Of a DNA stretch of 58,956 nucleotides, positions 53,722-58,956 are shown piece by piece. The translations under genes and the position numbers were made by a program. How positions within the stretch are numbered: the first letter of the stretch is position 1; every line of letters begins with the position of its first letter. The stretch comes from Candidatus Magasanikiibacteriota bacterium (GTDB lineage Bacteria > Patescibacteriota > Patescibacteriia > Magasanikbacterales > GWA2-37-8), in contig CAWJAS010000001.1 of NCBI GenBank assembly GCA_963840935.1, forward strand, positions 645,834 through 704,789, in the 5' to 3' direction. The notes below the pieces were generated by a model. It worked only from the letters and a program-made list of their open reading frames with translations. It ran no database searches and was not told the DNA's origin.

Positions 53722-54126
53722 TCAACTTTTATTAAACAAAATCTTTTTAATTTTATCCACAACTTCCGATGGTTGAAAATGCGACTTAATAATATAACCT
53801 GAAGCCCCCAAAACACGGGACCGAACAATGTCTTCTTTGTTGCCGGTTTTTGACATGATTATCACAGGCAAACCGGCTGTTTTTGAGTCGCTTTTTATTG
53901 TTTCCAAAAATTCAAAACCATTCATTTTTGGCAAATTAACCGGCACCAACGCCAAATTGAATTTTTTTGTTTTCATCAAACCCAGCGCTCTCTCGGCGCT
54001 CATTGTTTTTGCCACCTTGAAGCCCTCCATCACTAAATTTTTTTCATAAATATCCGCCAAAAATTCATCCGGCTCAATCAACAAAATATTATATTCGGAA
54101 GTCAAAGATGCAGATTTCTTTTGCAT
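53722..54126 (-). CDS. Single-domain response-regulator-like protein (receiver fold, phospho-acceptor Asp apparently replaced)
   Basis: CheY-like length and motifs (ILLIEPDE, VIIMSK, GYIIKS). The acceptor position reads LALVPVNLPKMNG where D is expected. Confidence 0.65.
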   Translation of the reverse strand: MQKKSASLTSEYNILLIEPDEFLADIYEKNLVMEGFKVAKTMSAERALGLMKTKKFNLALVPVNLPKMNGFEFLETIKSDSKTAGLPVIIMSKTGNKEDIVRSRVLGASGYIIKSHFQPSEVVDKIKKILFNKS

Positions 54127-54128
54127 AT

Positions 54129-55286
54129 CTAAGTCAAATTTTTTAAAGCCAAACCGATGGAAACCGACATTCTTGGGCCAATTTCATTCAAAAGAGGTTT
54201 CAATTTGTCTTGATACACCACTCTGGCCCACGGATCGCCCAAAAAGCATTTCATTTTGAAGTAATCAGCCAAAAATTCCGTAAAATAAGGGATCATGGCC
54301 GAACCGCCGGTTAAAATTATTTTTTCCGGTTTTTTTTCTTTATTTCCGGTTTGGTTTAGATACAACCCGAGTGAATATTCAATTTGACGAATAATCGGGT
54401 CAATAACCGGCTTCATCATCTCCAAAAATCTGTCTTTTTGAATAAAATCATTTGTTTTGGCAAGTGAGCGCTTGTATAAATCATGTTTTATTTGGGCCAC
54501 GTTTTCTTCGTTCACGCTGAGTGCCTCGGCCAAAATGCGATTAATTTTGTTACCACCGGACTCAATAGTATGATGTGTTATGGGAATTGATTGGTCAATA
54601 ATAAACAGATTACTTCTTTCAGCGCCCATATCAATGAGCATAGCTACGGCCTTGTCACGGCCGATAAGCGAACGCTCAAGGGCGGTTGATTCCGGTTCAA
54701 GCGATTCCAAAACAAGTCCGGCTCTTTTAAAAACCTTGGAATAAAATTCAATAATTGATTTTGGCACGGCGCTGACCATTACTTTTTTTATTTTGTCGGT
54801 GGAAAAATCTTCCAGAACTTGATAGTCCAAAACCATGTCTTCAATATTATATGGCAATAATTTTTTTATCTCGGCTTTAAGCACACCCAAAAATTCCTTT
54901 TGGTCTATTTTTGGCAAAGTGACAATGGTGTGAAAAATGGCGGAAACAGGCAAACTGCAAACCGCGTTTTTTGAGACAGTCTTGGCTTCTTTGCAAACTG
55001 CTTTAATAGTCATGGCATATTGTTCCACTCGCGCGTCCGACAAATCAATCGTTGGAATAGCCTTTTTTTCTGTTCGAATATTTTGCGCTTTATCCAAATT
55101 TATTTCATCAGGCGCGATGACTTTTTTGCCGGCCAATAATTCATGCACATCGCGATAATCGGAAGTGAGGCCATATGTAAAAAGTACCGGACGATTTTTT
55201 TCGGATTTTAATTCCACAATTTTTATGCCTCCGGCGCCGACATCAACGCCAAGATATGATTTTGGTTTGGAAGAAAACAAGCCCAT
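54129..55286 (-). CDS. pilM: Type IV pilus assembly ATPase-like protein PilM
   Basis: The actin-like fold N-terminus LGVDVGAGGIKIVEL and later MLIDMGAERSNLFII and ILTGGSAMIP are typical of PilM. Confidence 0.8.
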   Translation of the reverse strand: MGLFSSKPKSYLGVDVGAGGIKIVELKSEKNRPVLFTYGLTSDYRDVHELLAGKKVIAPDEINLDKAQNIRTEKKAIPTIDLSDARVEQYAMTIKAVCKEAKTVSKNAVCSLPVSAIFHTIVTLPKIDQKEFLGVLKAEIKKLLPYNIEDMVLDYQVLEDFSTDKIKKVMVSAVPKSIIEFYSKVFKRAGLVLESLEPESTALERSLIGRDKAVAMLIDMGAERSNLFIIDQSIPITHHTIESGGNKINRILAEALSVNEENVAQIKHDLYKRSLAKTNDFIQKDRFLEMMKPVIDPIIRQIEYSLGLYLNQTGNKEKKPEKIILTGGSAMIPYFTEFLADYFKMKCFLGDPWARVVYQDKLKPLLNEIGPRMSVSIGLALKNLT

Positions 55287-55320
55287 ATAAGTGATTTATG
55301 ATTTTATTTTTTAGAATGAA

Positions 55321-55465
55321 GAATTTCAGAATTATTACCTTGAGCAACGTCGCGGAGTCGCGCTAGATTGGTTCCGCCGAAGGCGGATAGCGCGACGAGC
55401 GAGAAGCGCGACTGTTCGCTGGAAACAGTCGACGCTGTTTGCGAAAGGTAATAATTCTGAAATTC
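55321..55465. repeat. 145-bp MITE-like hairpin element with perfect 21-nt terminal inverted repeats
   Basis: GAATTTCAGAATTATTACCTT (55321-55341) faces AAGGTAATAATTCTGAAATTC (55445-55465). The GC-rich core has nested stems gtcgcgcta/tagcgcgac, tccgcc/ggcgga and gactgtt/aacagtc. Confidence 0.75.
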
Positions 55466-55573
55466 AAAAAAATTAATAATATGCAACCTTCTTTATCTAT
55501 TATACCAAAAAAAAGCGATAAATCATATATCTTGTTGATAAAAGGCAAAAGTTAGTGTAAAATACGAGCTATT

Positions 55574-56938
55574 ATGGACATTAAACTCTTCAATACATTA
55601 GGCAAAAAAACCGAGCTATTCCGACCGATAAAAAAAACGGCGCGTATTTACGCTTGCGGACCGACTGTTTATGATTACGCCCATTTGGGCAATTTGCGTT
55701 CATACATCACCTGGGATATTTTGCGCCGAACCCTTGAAATGGCCGGAATAAAGGTAAAAATGGCGATGAACATCACCGACGTTGGCCACTTAACAAGCGA
55801 CGCCGATGAAGGTGTTGATAAAATAGAAAAAGGAGCGGAGCGCGAAAAAAAATCAGCCTGGGAAATAGCCAAATTCTATGAAAAAGCGTTTTTTAGCGAT
55901 TTACAAAATTTGAATATTAATAAACCGAATATTATCTGCCGAGCGACCAAGCACATAAAAGAGCAAATTGACCTAATCAAAAAAATTGAAAAAAACGGCT
56001 TTACCTATATTACTTCCGACGGAGTATATTTTGACACAGCCAAATTGCCCGATTATGGAAAACTGGCAAATTTGCAAAAACAAGATTTGCGGGCCGGTGC
56101 CAGAGTGGATTTGGGAGAAAAACGCAACCCAACTGATTTTGCTTTGTGGAAATTCAGCGCCAAAGACAAAAAACGCCAAATGGAATGGCCAAGCCCGTGG
56201 GGCAAAGGATTCCCGGGTTGGCATATTGAATGCTCGGCAATGTCCGCCAAATACCTGGGGATTCCTTTCGACATTCACTGCGGAGGGATTGACCATATTC
56301 CGGTTCACCACACCAATGAAATTGCCCAAACCGAAGCAGCCGAAGGCGTTGTGCCGGCAAAATTTTGGTTGCATAATGAATTTTTGTCTTTTGGCCAAAA
56401 CAAAATGTCAAAATCAAGCGGAAAATTTGTTACCATTCAAGAACTTAAAGAAAAAAACGTGGACCCGATCAGTTATCGATATTTTGTTCTGCAAACTCAT
56501 TATCGAAAACAATTATCTTTTGGTTTTGAAGCGCTTACATCGGCCGGCAACGGACTTAAACACTTGTATTCCGCTGTTTTGGCATTGCCCGCCAAAAAAA
56601 TCCAAGGTCAAGAAAAAATAAAAGAGCAATTTTATGCCTCGCTCGCGGATGACTTGGATACCCCGGGCGCGCTCGCGGTAATGTGGAAGGCACTCAAAGA
56701 AAAATCAATCAGTCAAAAAACCGCTTTGGAATTTGATAAAATTCTTGGATTAAAAATTAAAGAGAATTTAAAAAAGCCAACCCAAAAAATTGCCAAAAAT
56801 ATTTTGAGTATTGTGAAAGAGCGCGACCAAGCGCGCGCCGAAAAAAACTGGTCAAAAAGCGATGAACTGCGCGCCCAATTGGAATCACTCGGCTTTACGG
56901 TAATGGATTCGCCCGAAGGCACAAAAATTGAAAAATAA
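55574..56938 (+). CDS. cysS: Cysteine--tRNA ligase
   Basis: YACGPTVYDYAHLGNLRSY (HIGH region) and KMSKSSG. 454 aa. Confidence 0.9.
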   Translation: MDIKLFNTLGKKTELFRPIKKTARIYACGPTVYDYAHLGNLRSYITWDILRRTLEMAGIKVKMAMNITDVGHLTSDADEGVDKIEKGAEREKKSAWEIAKFYEKAFFSDLQNLNINKPNIICRATKHIKEQIDLIKKIEKNGFTYITSDGVYFDTAKLPDYGKLANLQKQDLRAGARVDLGEKRNPTDFALWKFSAKDKKRQMEWPSPWGKGFPGWHIECSAMSAKYLGIPFDIHCGGIDHIPVHHTNEIAQTEAAEGVVPAKFWLHNEFLSFGQNKMSKSSGKFVTIQELKEKNVDPISYRYFVLQTHYRKQLSFGFEALTSAGNGLKHLYSAVLALPAKKIQGQEKIKEQFYASLADDLDTPGALAVMWKALKEKSISQKTALEFDKILGLKIKENLKKPTQKIAKNILSIVKERDQARAEKNWSKSDELRAQLESLGFTVMDSPEGTKIEK

Positions 56939-57252
56939 TAGCCGGCAACTCCTTTGAGATGCCGGCAAAAACACGTCAACGACAACGTTCTTCTGAGCGT
57001 TTTTTTGTTTAAATTTTTTCTTTCCTGAGCGTTCTACGCAAAATGCTCAACATTCTTCTCACCGCAGTTTTGTAGGTCCTGGTACCCGGAGTCGCAGACC
57101 AAACAGCCGTAAGCCAATAACTCAAAGTCGTGACGCTTCTCCCCCCTTTTTTTCTCGCCATCCTTCCCTCCTTTTTCCGGGTTAGTAAAGAGCAATTGCG
57201 AATAAATATACAGCAAATTTTTGACTCGGTCAATAGACTACATTTCGGCTAA

Positions 57253-58956
57253 TTATAGCGTAATTATTGACTCAGGAAGCCACGGATTATCCACATCGAT
57301 AAAATTATCTAAAGACATATTAGCATGCGTTATTATTGGCGGGTTGTTGGACGCGCTAATTCCGAGTTTTAAATTCTTAAAAATAACATTATCCAAGTGT
57401 ATTGTTCCCCTAACCGAACGGATGGCATAATCAGCTTTTGCGCCATCGGCGAGCCCGTCTATGGTTGAATCGATTATTGTTATACTTGTCCGACTTGAAG
57501 ACATAATACCCGGTCCGGTTTTTTCTATCAAAGTTCTTTTTAAAGTAATTGTTGAATTGCTAAAAAACAACACTTCCATATTACTGTCACACGTCATAAC
57601 CGCGGCAATGCACGGGTAAATGTGGTCAGTCCCGCCATATCTGAACACAACATTGTCAAAAATACCTAGAGCTCGATAAAACGATATTGCCGACCAGTCC
57701 TGCGCTTTTGGACCTCGCGCCAAACCCAAATCAGGCGTATTTAATTTGTTCGAACCAAACGAACGATCTTGAACTGAAGTAAAATATATCGGTTCTTCTT
57801 CTGTGCCTTCGGCAAAAATTTTTCCTTCAACATAAATCACTGACCGACGAGTTAGACCTTTGACCACCACGCCCGGTTCAACGCGCAAAATTTTTCCAAC
57901 TGGCACGGTGTAGTTTTGCAAAATATATGGGCTCCCCTCTTTGGTGAGAATCAATTCCGATTCCGTTTGTTTGCCATTCAAATAATTGTACTCGAAACCG
58001 ATTGGCGCGATGATGGTTGAGGTGGCGACCCACTCGGAATAATTACCAAGTTCATCTTTGGCGCGCAAATAAAATTGAATTTCACCGCTTTCTTCGGTTT
58101 CAAAAACATATTGGCCAAAATTAGCGCAATTCAACACTTCAGACATGCTTGAAGTATTCACGGAAACCTGCAGGTCAAAACAATTATTTTCAGAAAAATC
58201 GTCAAATGCGGAAAAATTGAGTTCTATTTGGCTGGATTCTTCGGTTGAGGTGGAAACAATGCTTGCAAAAGCAACTTCCGGTGGTTTGTTATCAAAAATA
58301 ATATTCGCCGGCTCTGACAATTCCGAAGTTTGATTGGAAATATTTTGGGCGGTGAAATAATACAAATTATTACCGTATTGGAGCGAGCTTTCTGTTTGCC
58401 AAGCGCTTGAAGTGGCGTTGAATGTTTGAATAAGTTCAAGACCGTCGGTTGAGGTGGCGCGCTCGAGGGCGCGATACATGGTGATTTGAGTGGTGCTTGA
58501 GCTACATTCGCCAAAAATATCTGTCGGGCTTGATGAGGCGTAAACAAGTGAAGAAAATATACTGTTGAGGGTTGGTGCTGATGGCGGATTGGGCGGAATT
58601 ATAACCGGCGATTTTTGGAATGTTGAACCACCGGACGAGGGAATGAATTCAACAAATGGAATAAAAGACGCGTATTGCGAGGGCTGTTGGACTGATTCCG
58701 TGCTTGGAGTAGTCGGGGCAGATTCTGTGATAACAAAAATATCCGGTAAAAATTCGGGCCATTGCTCTATGGGTGTTCGCGGTTGCGATGGCGCGATTGC
58801 GGGCGTTGTGGTTTCGGTTGAAACGATTTTTGGTGTGGAAGTCGGCGCGGTTTTTTGATTTGCTGTTTGCCCGGTTTGCTCGGTTAGATTTTGACGCAAG
58901 AATTGAGTTGGGTCGTTTGTTTTGGCAAAAGCAATTGTAAAAAATATATTTTTGGT
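57253..58956 (-). CDS. Large secreted hypothetical protein, 5' end probably just outside the window
   Basis: 548-aa ORF from a TTG at 58899. The frame stays open for the 19 codons to the window edge (TKNIFFTIAFAKTNDPTQF, like the end of a signal peptide). It has a T/S/P-rich linker and then a repeat-poor beta-rich body. Confidence 0.6.
   Translation of the reverse strand, partial: TKNIFFTIAFAKTNDPTQFLRQNLTEQTGQTANQKTAPTSTPKIVSTETTTPAIAPSQPRTPIEQWPEFLPDIFVITESAPTTPSTESVQQPSQYASFIPFVEFIPSSGGSTFQKSPVIIPPNPPSAPTLNSIFSSLVYASSSPTDIFGECSSSTTQITMYRALERATSTDGLELIQTFNATSSAWQTESSLQYGNNLYYFTAQNISNQTSELSEPANIIFDNKPPEVAFASIVSTSTEESSQIELNFSAFDDFSENNCFDLQVSVNTSSMSEVLNCANFGQYVFETEESGEIQFYLRAKDELGNYSEWVATSTIIAPIGFEYNYLNGKQTESELILTKEGSPYILQNYTVPVGKILRVEPGVVVKGLTRRSVIYVEGKIFAEGTEEEPIYFTSVQDRSFGSNKLNTPDLGLARGPKAQDWSAISFYRALGIFDNVVFRYGGTDHIYPCIAAVMTCDSNMEVLFFSNSTITLKRTLIEKTGPGIMSSSRTSITIIDSTIDGLADGAKADYAIRSVRGTIHLDNVIFKNLKLGISASNNPPIITHANMSLDNFIDVDNPWLPESIITL

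Noticed and set aside
55300-55573. T-box riboswitch upstream of cysS.
   Set aside because: The conserved T-box sequence (AGGGTGGNACCGCG) and specifier-loop layout are not present. The structured part is a perfect-TIR hairpin element instead.

Overview
This is an AT-rich bacterial chromosome segment; hand counts of single 60-nt lines give about 25-40% G+C. Housekeeping genes present are tkt, hpf, murB, mraY, an mpl-like Mur ligase, smpB plus tmRNA, infC-rpmI-rplT, tRNA-Asp, ppsA, typA, ligA, type IV pilus genes (pilD, pilin, pilM) and cysS. That content, the many large membrane or hypothetical proteins, and the near absence of Shine-Dalgarno sites resemble a small-genome Patescibacteria/CPR-type organism; this is an inference.

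A mosaic island lies at about 17.4-35.1 kb. It holds eight very GC-rich, GC3-biased CDSs, each with a strong GGAGG-type RBS. They are separated by AT-rich spacers, several of which carry exact TTGACA-17 nt-TAnnnT promoters. The CDSs encode:
- a 1936-aa lipoprotein with (Asp-Thr)n tracts and about 10.8 perfect 282-bp tandem repeats of a disintegrin-like Cys motif;
- two copies of a two-gene module, each a signal peptide / coiled coil / 8-strand beta-barrel-like protein ending in Phe followed by an acidic Cys-rich lipoprotein;
- a Pro-rich / TM / Cys-rich protein;
- an FHA protein followed by a single-pass membrane protein.

I saw no integrase, transposase, reverse transcriptase, CRISPR array or rRNA. 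Five CDSs are broken by frameshifts and one by an in-frame TAG; whether this is assembly error or gene decay is unresolved. The long ORFs antisense to the GC-rich genes are shadow ORFs. The ORF track omits ORFs that run off the window (tkt at the left edge) and ORFs under 60 aa (a LysW-like zinc ribbon).
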